Origin: Podospora anserina
Taxonomy: Eukaryota
Direction of reading: 5' to 3'
Assembly (NCBI GenBank): GCA_017654855.1
Contig: CM030336.1
Span: 868,001-932,000 of the forward strand
Length of the DNA stretch: 64,000 nt
Numbering within the stretch: position 1 is the first letter of the stretch; every line of letters starts with the position of its first letter. The notes beneath the pieces were generated by a model. It worked only from the letters and a program-made list of their open reading frames with translations. It was not told where the DNA came from and made no database searches. Position numbers and translations under genes: made by a program. Shown here one piece after another: positions 1 through 13,018 of the stretch.

Positions 1-630
1 TCCCAATAAAGATTACTGCAATCCACCTCCTACTTAGCCTTCTTATACACCCCATGCTGCAACGCCTCAGGATTATGCTGCACATGATGTCCGTGCTGAT
101 CCGTAAACAGCACCTGTCACAGACAAATAATCAGCCTTATTCCATTTATCCACCTCTGTATACCGGCTCAACATACCTTAGGAGGGTGCTTCACCCCTTC
201 CTTCTCTGCCTCCTTCTCCGTCGTCACAACCTTCTCCACCTCCCCCTCATGTCTGCCGCCTCGCGAGCGGGCAAAAACATGGTCTCCTTCGTGAATCGGT
301 TCGCCGTTTTTGTCTTTGAGGGTCGGCATCTTGAATTGGCTTTTGTGCAGAGACGAGGTTCGATGGATATGTCACACTTCAGATTAGAACGGGCTTTTCT
401 GGATGGTGGTTGAGGTTGTTCTGTTTGAAGATTCGCAAAATATTTGGAGAGGGAGATGGTGACGTCACAAATGCTTTCATGGGCGCTGCTTTTTGTGACG
501 TGGGTTGTTTTCATGATACACGATAAACTCTCCAATCGGGGTCCCTGATTAAGTTCTATCTACACTAGATACGTTCAATTGTCGGCTGTAATCGTCTGTC
601 AGACGGTAACCAACAGAATTCTATTTTATT

Positions 631-1380
631 CTATGCCAAGTTTTGCTTATGTTTAAAGTTAAGAAAGCCATGCATGACGATTAAATCATCCCGATGGGCA
701 ACCGTCACTGTGTCCTTGGCCACCATCTTGAGCAAGAAGTCCCCGTGAACGCGCCAAAAAGGAGGAAGAGAAAGGTGGCTTGCGTACGACTTGACTTCAG
801 GGATGTCTTCAAGTTCAGCGAGCATATCTAACCGCTGCGAGTGAGAAAGATCACGGTGGAGCGTGTAAGTCCGATGATCTCCTTGATTCCTCCGAGAGAC
901 GAAGCCCGTGAGACGGCATCAGCATGTCCGTCGGGTCTGGTCAAGATTTGCGAGAGAGCCAGGGTGGTTCTTCTGTTGAAAATGACATGTGTTTCGCGAG
1001 GGGTGAAAACGGGGCCCTGGAGTTTGACTGGTAACCGAGTGGCTCTGCACCGGCTTGAAGCATCCATGATGACTAGAAGACGTGTGGCCGAGTTCCACTC
1101 AATCTGCTGAATAGCTGCCGAGTGCACTTACAGTTCCGTAACTTGTTTCCCAGTCTTGATCTCATGTACAGGAACCGTGCCATCTTCCCGGCCGCAAAAA
1201 ACCAACTTGTCATCACCGACAGGTGTGATCACAGTGATGGCATTGCTTTCGTCAAAATAGCGATGCATCAGCTGACTCGGCTCAGGGGCAGCAGCTCGGG
1301 GTCTTCAGGGTCGGTAGAGTTGTCGTCAGTCATATTCTTTCTGACCAGGACAGCAGCAGGGTCCTGGATGGTATTGATCT
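631..1380 (-). pseudogene. Relic of a WD40-repeat region, probably the C-terminus of a NACHT-WD (NLR-type) protein
   Basis: Stitching minus-strand frames gives ...DPAAVLVRKNMTDD...ESNAITVITPVGDDKLVF/CGREDGTVPVHEIKTGKQVTEL*VHSAAIQQIEWNSATRLLVIMDASSRC..., a WD40-like beta-propeller pattern broken by frameshifts and a stop. Boundaries are approximate. Confidence 0.45.
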
Positions 1381-1973
1381 TGCACCCTCAGGAGCCCGGG
1401 CAGTCACCTTCATTTGTGCACTTCTTCGGAGATTATCTGTAGCCGAGGTTAGTCAGGCAATAATGAGCAGAATGAAGCGGGCTACTAACAGTCTTTGTCA
1501 ACTAGCTCGATGGTGGTCTTGAAGCTATCACGGAGTATTATGTAACAAGAGTCCGAGTTGCTCGTAAATTTGCAGAGACGTCGGTGATCAGCTGGGGGAT
1601 GTTCAGCTCTCTCGTTCGGTAGCCCTGCACATCCGGTTAGCCCTTCTGTCCATGGTCAGCTCATAGTAATGAACAAGTTCCGTACCAATCACAGCAGATG
1701 TTTTATCCACAATCATTTCACCAGCTGTTGGTGTCCCTTCAAAAAATGACCACAGTTGGATATCTTTGGATACGTGACGGAGATTATCGTTGATATCCTG
1801 TTCTCACAAGTTAAACACGTAACCGCAGGTAACCGGTGGCAAAGACATAACGCGGGGCATCTTAAGGTGACAGTGTCCGAGTCTGGAAGCAGCTCCTTGA
1901 CATATGCTTCGGCGCCTGTTGGAATAGATAGGGCGAGATAGGACTTGAGGTAGACAGCCGAATTGGAGCCTCT

Positions 1974-2738
1974 ATGGGGGGGTGTCCAAGAAGTACAATG
2001 TATCGATGCGAGCGGCGATGTTCTTGTACAGTCATGACACGCATTGCGAACTTGAAGCAGCAAAATGACTGGGAGGAGTCGTGGGAGGTCTGGTGGACCA
2101 AACACACCAAGTTCATACTGGAGCGGGAAGAGAAGAGTCGTGGACCCTACAGCGAGGAGGAGGCCAAGCTCAAGGAGGATTTTGTGTCCAAAGTCCTCCC
2201 CCGTTACCTGCGCCCGCTGGAAAGCGGTGGTCGATCCATTGACCCAGCACTTTGCCATACCGATCTGTGGCCTGGTCACGTCAAATATCGACTCGACAAC
2301 GAATCGCCCCTGGTATTTGACGCCAATGCTCTGTGGGCGCACAGCGAGCTTGAACTCGGCCTTTTCCGCAACCCTAGATACCCGCTGGGTAAGGCCTTCT
2401 TCAAGAAATATTAGAAGAAGGTGCCTATATCGGAGCCCGAGGAAGACTTCGACAATCGCAACATCATGCACATGATTCGACATCAGGTGTGTTTTGCAAG
2501 GGTTTATCCCAACGAAGCCAAACTCCGAGATATATAAGCTAGAACCTGTGACTTGTTGTTTGCCAAGACAAACCCACTGACTGCCATACACTCTTTTAGT
2601 TTTCTGGGCAACATGAAAATGCTTGTAGATAGAGTGAACGCAGAGGAGAAGGAAAGGAAAGTTGCTCAAGACGGCAAGAAGAGCTTCGAGGTAAAGATTG
2701 AAAGTGTCACGGATGATCTGAAGGTCCTAGCTACTTAG
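1974..2738 (+). pseudogene. Fructosamine-3-kinase family (APH-like kinase) pseudogene, 5' truncated
   Basis: PALCHTDLWPGHV and VFDANALWAHSELELG motifs. In-frame TAG at 2412-2414, after which the frame continues (KKVPISEPEEDFDNRNIMY). Intron 2534-2599 has ATAAGC in place of a GTAAGC donor. Confidence 0.75.
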
Positions 2739-3165
2739 CACCGTATCAAGACGGGCCACAAAACGAACCAGACGTACTGAGGATCGCAGAACCAGACCCA
2801 GTTAATACGAGGTTAAAATGGCCAAGCTTTTTATCCAACGTACGTACCTATCATTTGGAACAAGAAACAATCTCGAACACTTCCTAACAATGTCAAGCGA
2901 AGACCAGATGTTATCATTGGAACTCACTTTGCCTCGATTACACATTGCGGGAGGCGGTCAGTGTTTTTTGTGTCTCTTGCATCGGGCAAATCCAATGGCA
3001 TGAGCTCCGGCCTCTCCCCGATCGGTTCAGATATTTGGATTCCGCATATAACATGCATGTCCAACACGCCCCCGCTGTTGATAGTCACACAACTTCTCGG
3101 CGTACTTTTTCTTGTCAACAATCCACACAGACTTCCACTTTTCAGCATCCGTTACCTAAAACCGA

Positions 3166-4440
3166 ATGAGACCAAAAGATGAAGATATTCTTGTCACTGG
3201 GAGTTCAACACCCAAAGATGGAATACTTTCCGACCCTGAGAAGAACGCGGAAGTAACTGAGGAGGCTACTCCAATGGCCACCGAGGCCCCTTACTATGTT
3301 TTCACCAAAGGCTAAAAGTTATGGATCAGCATGTCCGCATCATTCTCGGCCATGTTTTCAACAATGAGCAGCTACATCTACTATCCCGCATTGGTGCCCG
3401 TCGCCCACAATCTTGGAGTGTCCGTTGCGTTAGTCAACCTGAGCGTGACGACGTATCTCATCGTGGCGGCGATCGCCCCCGCATTCATGGGAGATATGGC
3501 AGATCAGACTGGACGACGACCCGTGTTCATGGTTTTGTTCGTCCTAATGATCTCTGCCAACGCGGGGGATTGCCCTCCAAACATCATACGCCGCTCTCCT
3601 GGTACTTCGTATGCTCCAGAGTGCTGGTGCATCAGGTAGGTTCTTACAACCATGTTCATGGCTCTGGCTTGGTCAAGATATTGACAGACAACAGCACTGG
3701 TAGCAATTACATACGGAGTTATCGCCGATATCGCAGAATCCAAAGACAGAGGCGGCTTTGTCGGCGTCTTTCTCAACCGGCATGCTTTCATCCTCCCACC
3801 AACACCCCCCACCTACCCCCCGTTAACATCCATCACTCAACAGGCAAGTTCCTCGATTGGAACTACCGCCACACCAGCTCGAGATTCCAAGCCACCACCA
3901 ACGAAACCGACATCTTCCCCCCTCGGAAAAAACCCCCCTCCGCGGCATCTACCTCCTCATCCTCATCAGCTCCCTCGGCACCCTAGGCTACGGCCTAGCA
4001 CTAATGACAAACGCTGTAACCAGCCTCCATTCTTAACCCCTTACCCACCTAGGTGCTGACACCAAAATAAACAAACCCAGCACATCTCCGGCATGATCTT
4101 CATGCAATTCCTCACAGGGATAACGACAGCAAGCACTTTCACACAGTTCGTACAATTCCACCCTCTACCCCCTACCCCCGCCCCATCCTGACTAAATTTA
4201 CCATGTTCCCGAGATGACAATCACCTCCTGACAGACATGAACGTCGAGAAGTCAGCCACGGCTCAAGGGGCATGCAGTATCGTCAGGTGTCTTGGTGCCG
4301 GCACCGGCATCGCCGTCATGCAACCGTTGGCTGAAGCTGTGGGATTGGGGTGGTGCTTCGCAATCTAGGCAATCTTGATGGCAACCGAGGCACCTCTCGT
4401 GTGGCTTTTTCAATCTCGTGGGCCATCGTGGGGAAATGAG
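3166..4440 (+). pseudogene. MFS drug:H+ antiporter (DHA1-like) pseudogene
   Basis: SAMFSTMSSYIYYPAL...GDMADQTGRRPV (MFS motif A). In-frame TAA at 3313-3315, frameshifts, and the central TM helices appear to be missing. 3' end approximate. Confidence 0.7.
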
Positions 4441-4741
4441 AAGACTGTTCAACACACATCAGGGTCACAAAGTGCAGTTTTGCCGAATAGACACCATCAC
4501 TTTCATCACAAACAACCTATCACACAAACGCCACACATGCCAAACAGTCCCAGTTCTAAAGAGCAGGAAGTCTATTGATCGCTTCGGGAGACTTCAATCG
4601 CTGCTCAACTACCTGATCTTGCAACGCTTATACAATATCTGACAAGTTATACATGCACCTAACACTTGGAGGCCGTTGTACATTTCCACATCTTTTCTTT
4701 CTCGTCCTTTCAATCATGCCACATCGAAATCTGTTCTCCCA

Positions 4742-7700
4742 TCACTCGCCACCCCTGCTCCCACGTCTGCTACCAGATCTCTGTGACCACATGGTTGGGT
4801 GCATCTGCAATCCAGCAATCTCCGGATTCCACTTGGTGGGATTGGTGTGGCGCGTAATCAGCATACGCACAGCAGCGTAGGCGATCAACAAACAGCCAAA
4901 TGCCATAGGGATGAGCCAGTACAGGGGCAGCAAGTTGCGGGTGGTGCCAAAGACAATTTCAACACCGGGCGTGTAGATGATAAAGGCAGCGAGCGCGGCG
5001 CCGGCAAGAATGCAGTAAAAGGTGACCCGGTTGGCGAACATGTATCGACCAAAGGGCAGAGTATAACGAGTCTTGCATGCAAAAAGGTTGAACATCTGCA
5101 TCGTCATGATAGCCCAGTAGTACATCGACTGTGCTTCGGCCAGGATGTCGTACTGGGTCTGGCCATCGATTCCCTTGTACGGCGCCGCATCCTTGGTCCA
5201 GTAGTTTGTCGGAGCTCCAGCGCCCTTTTGCATGAGATATGCATCACGCATAGAGATACCGCGCATGTGAAGAACGAAGAAGAACGAAAACATGGCGCCA
5301 ACGGCCTCGATGATTCCGATCTCGAGATAAGCCCAGGACAAGAGAGGCCCGTCGACCAAGACTTCGGCGTCGCCACCCTCAAACTTGTCGGCCCAGTACT
5401 GTTTGGTGAACATGTGACCGGTATTGTGAAGTAGAGTCTTGAACTTGCTGCGGTTTTCGGGAGGCAATATGACCACATTGGCCTCCTGGTCCCATCGACC
5501 CCCGGTGCGACGAATCTGGCGGCGGCGAAATCTCTCGGCGGACTCTGGGGTGACAGGTTTCCGAGGTGGTAGCTTCATCAAACCCTCGCTGGTCTCGGGG
5601 GGATCCTGGTGATCAAAAAGTCAGTGGCTGCAAAATGTGGTAGAGAAAGTTGTTGACCTACCCAGGCGAATGATAGCGCCGCAATAAGCTCAAACCCCAG
5701 GTCAATGACAAGGATCAGAATCGCGGTAAGGGGAAGCGGAATCGGAACAATGACGTAGAGCAAGTTGGGAATGACCTCCGGCATGGAATGGCTGATGGTG
5801 TACTTGATCGACTTCTTCAAATTGATAAAGATCAGTCGGCCCTCCTGAATACCACGTACAGTGCTGGCAAAGTTGTCATCAAGAAGAATCATGGAAGCTG
5901 CATCCTTTGAAACATCGGAACCGGACTTGTTCATCGCAATGCCCAGGTCAGCCTTCTTCAGAGCGGGTGAATCATTCACACCGTCGCCAGTGACACCAAC
6001 GATGTGGCCCATCTCTTGAGCCCGGCGAACAATCTCCAGTTTGTGCTTGGGGCTGGTGCGTGCGAAAATGATTTCGTCCTTCCAGAAGATGTCGTTCCAC
6101 TGTTGGTCTGAGAGTCCGTCGATCTGCTCGCCGTGGATAACAATAGCATTGTACTCGTGTTCTTGGACTTGTTCGATCAGTCGCTCGGTTCGCTTAGCAA
6201 CCCTCTCCCGGGTCTCGCCGAGCATGAGGTTGATCTTCCGCGCAATTGCTTCCGCAGTGAGGGGATGGTCTCCGGTAACCATGATGACCTTGACGCCGGC
6301 AGCCCGGCAACTGCCAATCGCTTCGCGGACTCCGTGCTTGGGGGGATCTTGGAGAGACGCCAAACCGACAAACACAAAGTCCCCAAGAGGGTAGCTCTTG
6401 GCTTTCTTGTCAAAGGTAAAGTCCTCGGGATATTGGTCGCCAGGAAGCTCGAGCATTGCAAATCCCAAGACGCGGTGGCCACGAGAAGCCATGTCTTCGT
6501 AGATATCATTGTAGGCCCCTTTGTGGTCGTCAGTCAGAAGAGCATTGCTGCCATCCCCTTGGACAAGAAGGCGATTGCAAAGACGCCAAACCCGCTCAGG
6601 CGCTCCCTTGATGTACAGAGTCAATGCACCATTGCTGTGAGCCTTCTTGTGGATGCTCATGTGCCACTTTGTCTCTGAACTGAAGGGGATTTCGAAGACT
6701 TTTGGGTACTTCTCGGCCAAGTTGTCAAACCCCAGAAGTTGGTCACTGGCATATCGTATCAGTCCGGACTCTGTGGCGTCACCTAGAATTTCCCTCTGAT
6801 AGATCGGCACATCTGTTCTGTCAAACTTTGCTCGGGTGCACAGGGATGATATGTGAAGAATCTCCAGAATTCCAGGCGAATCAGGGGTGGCAATTCGACG
6901 GTCGACCAGAGCACCCCGTGCCGCTTCGTACATTGCGCCGCAAGTCCAAATATTGGCGACCGTCATTTGGTTTCGGGTAAGCGTGCCAGTCTTGTCGGTG
7001 GCCAACAAGGTAATGGCTCCGAGCGTTTCGACTCCTTGGAGATCCTTGACGAGAACATTCTGACTGGCCATGCGCTTGGCAGCAATGGTCAAAAGGATGG
7101 TGACGGTGGCTGGCAGACCCTCGGGTACCCACGCAACGAATACCCCAATGGCAAAGTTCAAAGCCAGAGAGACATTGTTGTTGTTCACCGGGAAGGAGAC
7201 TCCGAAGAAGGTCAGAGCGGTAAAGATGGCAATTGTGGCGATGATCTTGACGAAATTTCCAATCTCAACGGTCAGAGGGGAGGTGACCTTTGCTTCGCCG
7301 GCCGTGAGGCTAGCAATTTGCCCCAGCACAGTGTTGTCTCCAGTCCGAATGACGATGCCGAATGCTTCGCCCGAGACGCAAAGAGTGCTGTTGAACATCA
7401 AGTTGTGTGCTTCCAACGGATTTTTCATGTCATTGTCCGTTGTCCGATCCTGCGGCTCGGACTCACCTGTAAGGGATGAGTTGTCGACTTTGCAATCCGA
7501 GGCCGAGAAGACCAGAATATCGGCTGGCGTCTTGTCGCCCATCCGAACGAAAACCACATCGCCCGGGACCAGTGCAGATGCATCGAGCTGGGAGAGCTTT
7601 CCGTCGCGCAGACACATGCACTTGGCCGGGATCATGTTGAGGAACGAATCGAGTAGAGCCTGAGACTTGCTTTGTTGGTAGAACTCGATGAAAGCATTGA

Positions 7701-8253
7701 TGTTGGCAACTATGATGAGGATCGCCCCCAAATAAGTCTGCATAGGGGCTTAGCAAGTGTGCAGAGAAAGAAGACAATTGGATGAAAAGGCACCGGGGTA
7801 ACGTACATTGGGGAAGTTGGCTTTGAAGTCGATGGCGAGCAAGATGTACTCCAACACGCCGGCCAGGATCAACAGAAGATTGAAGAGACTGGTCAGGTAG
7901 TCGAGATATTTGAGAAACGGATGACGCTTCTTAGGAGGTGTCAAGACATTTTGGCCGTGCTCTTGAAGAAGAGCAGCAGCCTGTTGGCTGGTCAGGCCAA
8001 AGCTTTCGGACGGCTTGTCGAGATTGATGATTGTTCTGTACTGGGTGGCGACATCTTGGGGTGACATGAGATGTTCAACAACATTGACCTTTCTCTCTTT
8101 CTCCTGCTGGCGCTCTCGGCGGGCTTTCTCTTCTCCGGTGATAACCTGGGGAATGGAGGGTTTGTGAGGGATGCTGACACGAGGACCAGGCGAGCGGACC
8201 GGCCTCTCGGTCGAGGTGAACTGGATCCTCTGGTTCGGGGGACCAGCCATCAT
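4742..8253 (-). CDS. P-type ATPase, Na+/K+ (P2C)-like; probable fungal ACU-type K+/Na+ uptake ATPase. Exons 8253-7807, 7737-5662, 5605-4742
   Basis: DNSSLTGES, VPEGLPATVT, DKTGTLTRNQMTV (phosphorylated Asp), KGAPE, DPPK, MVTGDHPLTA, TGDGVNDSPALKKAD. Canonical GT-AG introns join the frames. Confidence 0.93.
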
Positions 8254-8535
8254 GCAATCAGTTTCGGGTGATGTGACTGATGATGCGGTGATGTATGAAC
8301 CTGGTGTGGAAGAGAGAAACAGAGGAAGTCAAAAATTTACACAACGTGAAAATTTTCACAATTGTCTTGACGGAAGTCGCGTACACAAGGGAGGTAGGTA
8401 TGATGTAGGGTCCAGAGTCGCAACTTCCAAATCATGCTACCTAGAAACACCAGACCGCAAGAGGCCCCCTCCTGCACCTGGCAAGCTTCTTTACTCAAGA
8501 GAGAACCTTTACGGAGCCCCCTATTTATCCAAGTA

Positions 8536-8720
8536 ACCCCCCCCCCTCCCCCCACCTGCCCTTTAAAGATAGTTACCAGGCCTTTAAAGATGGTTAAAAG
8601 GATTTAAAAATAATTAAAAGGCGTTTAAAGATAGTTTGAAGGCTTTAAAGATAAATAAAAGGCCTTTAAAGATAGTTTAAAGGCTTGTTAATAGGTATGG
8701 AGGGGGGGGGGTGTGGGGGA
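8536..8720. repeat. AT-rich tandem array (about 6 x 20-21 bp, CTTTAAAGATAGTTAAAAGGC-like) flanked by a poly-C and a poly-G tract
   Basis: Units are directly readable at 8561-8685. C-run at about 8536-8554, G-run at about 8699-8720. Confidence 0.75.
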
Positions 8721-10528
8721 GGGTGCTGGTAAGATAAATAGGGAGCTTCGTAAAGGTTCTCTCTCACTCAATGGAACAAGAGGTAGACCAGACTCATCCC
8801 GTGCACCTGCCATCTTCGCCTTCTCAAGCCTTTGACCCCGAACAATGCTCCACAACCAGGCACCATGGACCACCTCATGGCTTCCCTCCTTATTGATCCA
8901 TACGTTGCCCAAAAATGTGGTCAGAACAACGCTTAGCCACATGATGAGAACCAAGGCAATGAATCCCCACAGGATTCCCCCGTCTTGGGGTCAGCATGAT
9001 TGATCCCGCTTCTGTTGTTGAACACAGTCGACATGATGGTCAAGGCAATCGTACCTCCAAAAGGAACAGCAAACGTGACAATGCAGGTGATGGCAGCTGT
9101 CATGTGTGGAAAATATGCCAGTCCATGCAACGATCCGGGGTTTGTGTTTGTGCCCACGCCGAACCCGGCAAGTGCCATCATGCCGTAGACGACGCTGGTT
9201 TTCTCGGTCCAACACGCATAAGGCAGAACGGAGATTGCAACTGCTGAAGTGACCGTTCCCAGCAAAAACGCAGGCAAGGTTTGGCGAGGCCAGACATTGA
9301 TCCAGAACATGGCCATGTACACGCCAGCTGCAACTGCTTCTTAGCATAACCCCACTGGGATGGTTGAAGATTGCAACTCACCTCCCATCCCAGGCAGAAA
9401 ATACAGCAAAGCCAACCCAGCACCACTCGAATCATGCCCCATGACCTCGACAAAGTAAATGTCCATGAAGTACATCACCGAGTACATCGCCGCAACAGCA
9501 ACCCGATATCCTTCCGCACCAGCAACCCCCAAGGCATCATCGCTCTCTGCCTCGGAAACACTCTGGCCAGTTTCCTCCCTGGCACCATCGCCCACCGATA
9601 TCCCACCCACCCAACCGTCAACACCCCTCCAGCCACCAACGGCACAACCACAGCAACAGACCCCCATGCATACTCCCCTCCCGCCCACGTAAGTCCCAAA
9701 ATCAACAGCCCCATCCCCGAAAGAAACAACACCTACCCCCCATAATCTATCGTGCCCATCCTCCTCCCCAACTTGACCAACCTCGTCGCCTCGTCGCCAG
9801 CACCGTCTCCATCCCCCACCCCCACAGCACCAACTAATTCCCCCTCAAACCCCACCAAACAACCCCCATCCCCACCGCTCCAACCGGTACATTAACCCCA
9901 AAGCACCACCTCCACCCCTCCCTCCCCCGACTCAGAAACCCACCTACCACAGGCCCAACCCTAAACCCAACAGCAGTAAACACCGCGAAGAGGGTCCAGG
10001 TCTTGGCGTACTCAGCCAGGCTTACTCTGTCAGCCAGTATAGTCCTGACACAAACACTCATACCCGCCGCTCCCACCCCCTGCACCCCTCTTCCGAATAA
10101 CATCACTCCCCATCCCGCAGAGGAGGCCAAAGGGGAAGCGGCGCATATTGCCGAGCCGACCGTCAGGATGAGAATGGAAAGCTGAAGGGAGGGATACCGG
10201 CCGAAAATGTCGACGAGCTGGGCCCAGAGGGGGAGGAAGGAAGCGGAGGGGAGGTTGAAGGAGGTGGTGAGCCAGTTTAGTTGGGATTTTTGGTCTGGCA
10301 TCAGGGTCAGGTGTTGCCATGGAGATGGGGGATGGTCGGGGGGGTTGGAGGGGACAAACCAAAGTCTGAAACTATGGAGGGCAAGGCAGAGGCGATGATT
10401 GTCGTGTCGAGTGCTTGGAGGGTGTAAGGGGGGAGGAGGAAACATGGCTGGATGAACTCCGCTGAGGAGGGGGGTTGTCCACGATGCTGGCGGTATTTCT
10501 TCTTGGCGTATCGAACTGCTAGATACAT
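8688..10528 (-). pseudogene. MFS transporter (DHA2/14-TM-like) pseudogene
   Basis: LQALDTTIIASALP, WAQLVDIFGR, GPVVGGFL, WRWCFGVNVP. Frameshift in a G-run near 9840, in-frame TAG at 9733-9735 (DYGG*VLFL), and another frameshift near 9490. Confidence 0.75.
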
Positions 10529-11308
10529 TTTCTCGGGTCGAAGAATCTTTCGAGGTTTGAGTTGGCGACAGTGAAGGTTTGTGAAGAAGGAGGCCCTATG
10601 GTCACGACGGCTCTTCAAGGTAAGCGGCAGGTTGGTCTTCACAGTAGAATGGGAGACCTCGCATCTTAAATACATGTCCTTCACGCCCGTCTGAGAAGCT
10701 AAAACCCTGCTCTACTATAACTATAAACATCAGAGGCCTCAGCATGACATAATGTTCGACCTTGGTATCCCAGGGAGAGGCGCAATACCTGTTTGGGAAA
10801 CATCGAGACCGTTGATTGGCCAATGCAATGAGACCTATGGGTCTTTCCTTGGAAGCATGGCTCAGGTTCGTCGGTTTGTTCGGGTTTGGTGCCAAGGCCT
10901 ACAGTCAGCTCGGCTGAGCCCAACTGGTTGACCATGATGACTGCTTGGGGCTGGTTGGTAAGGCAAAGATCTTCACAGTATCTCATATCCGGCAAAGTCA
11001 TGGACTTGGCAACAAATTGTTCAGTATTGGAGCTTGTCAAGTCTTGTCTGTAAACTCCAGACTACTATCAACGCCTAGCTCCATGCAAAATGTCTATCGA
11101 ATGACGAAAAGGAGACAACCGACACGGAGCAGAGAATTTTGATGCCCATGTCTCACCGGCATATACTTCATAAACCCCCCTTCTTCCCTCCCAAACCATA
11201 CTGCAACGCCAAATTCTCAACGCACGAGACCCTTGTTATTTCTTAACCCGAGATAAAAACGCAAAGCCAACTTTTTGAACCCGACCATCCACCAGAACCT
11301 ACCCCCAA

Positions 11309-13018
11309 TCACTGTTGCGGCTGTTCCGTCTCCTCATCACCCGTCACAGCACAAACAGCATCGTGCACCACCTCGGCGCCGTTGTTGGCCACTTCGGCAA
11401 CACCCTCAGCGGCGCTCTTAATCGCCCGTCTGGTGGTCTGCTCAGCCTGTTGCTCCTCAAAAGTTGGAATCCTAGTCAACTCCGTCACGAAGCTCTGGCC
11501 CCACCAAGCGCTAGTGTACTTGAACACATATCGCTCCAGCTTGCGGTAGTTAGCCTCGCGCTGTTCGGGGCTCATGGTGACGGCGTCGTGGATGGCGTTG
11601 GCCAGCTCTTCCGTGTTCCAGGGATTGACGATCAGACTTCCATTAAGACTCTGAGCGGCTCCAGTAAACTCGGACAGGATCATGACTCCGTGACGCTCTC
11701 TCTGTGTGGCGATGTATTCGTATGACACCAGGTTCATGCCGTCGCGGGTGGAGCTGACCAGGCAGACATCGCTGACAGCGTAGAGTGCCGTGAGCTCATC
11801 AAACGAGACGGACTGGTGGAGGAAGTGGATGGGCATGAACTCAATCGTGCCAAACCTCCCGTTGATGCGGCCCACAAGCTCATTAACGACGGCTCGCAAG
11901 TTCTGGTATTCCTCCACATCTTGACGACTTGGCACCGCCACCTGCACCAGAACAATCTTGCCGATCCACTCGGGATGTTCGGTCAGGAACACCTCCAACG
12001 CGTGGAGTTTTTGGGGGACACCCTTGATGTAGTCAAGGCGATCCACACCAACGATGAGCTTGACGCCCTCGAACTTGCGTTTCAAGGCGGCGATACGCGC
12101 TTGAACACTCGGCTTCTTCAAGCCTTCAACAAACTTCTCGGGGTCGATGCCGATTGGGAAAGCGCCGACGGTAACGAACCTGCCATTCCAGTCAACCCCG
12201 TTAGGTGTTGTTGGAGTAGACCTGAATGTGTTAGCATGATGGCTTCATGAGAAAGCGGTGGAAAGCACTCACAATATCCTCGAGCAACTGCTCAAGAAAT
12301 GTCTGGCATAATCGTAGGTGTGGAAGCCGATCAAGTCGCATTCCAAGATCCCGAGTAACAGTTGCTCTCTGACCGGGAGAATGCGATAGATCTCACTGCT
12401 GGGGAATGGCGTGTGCAAGAAGAAGCCAATCTTGACATTCTTCTTGGAGTTTCCAATCTCCTCGCGCAACATTTGCGGAAGCAGCATGAGATGGTAGTCG
12501 TGGACCCAGACCAGATCGCCGTCTTGTACGTCCTTGACCACCTCCTTGGCAAATAATCTGTTGACATCACGGTAGGCAGCCCAAGCAGCCTCGTCGAATG
12601 TGATCTCACCGGGGTGGTAGTGGAAGAGTGGCCACAAGATCGAGTCTGGAGAAAGAAGTAGGGGTTAGCCAGTGATGCTTGGAGAAAAGCCGCGACGCTC
12701 GAGGGGCTACTCACTCGCAAAGCCGTTGTAGTGACGGTCAGCCAGCTCATCGTCGACGAACACGGGGTAGGCGTTGTATTTCTCTTTGAGCTGTTCTCTC
12801 ATGGGACCGATTTCCGCCTCGGGCACCTCCAGGCCGGGCCACCCATACCACTGGAAGCTGGTGGCCTTGGACAAGCCGCTGAGACCAGTGACAAGACCAC
12901 CTGAGGACATGGAGAAGCTGTATTGGCCATCGTCTGTTCGCTTGATGGTGATGGGAAGGCGATTCGAGATTAAGAGGAGGCGACCGGACGAGCCGTTTTC
13001 GTCAACGAGGCCGGGCAT
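11309..13018 (-). CDS. tps1: Alpha,alpha-trehalose-phosphate synthase catalytic subunit (GT20). Exons 13018-12715, 12645-12273, 12221-11309
   Basis: SNRLP, SSGGLVTGL, WVHDYHLM, GFFLHTPFPS, GVDRLDYIKG, RDGMNLVSYEY, LSEFTGAA motifs. Canonical introns. Confidence 0.97.

Noticed and set aside
1713-2669. 318-aa minus-strand ORF
   Set aside because: Antisense shadow of the fructosamine-kinase pseudogene; no recognisable motifs.
8561-8685. CRISPR-like array
   Set aside because: Units are adjacent with no unique spacers, the context is eukaryotic, and there are no cas genes.
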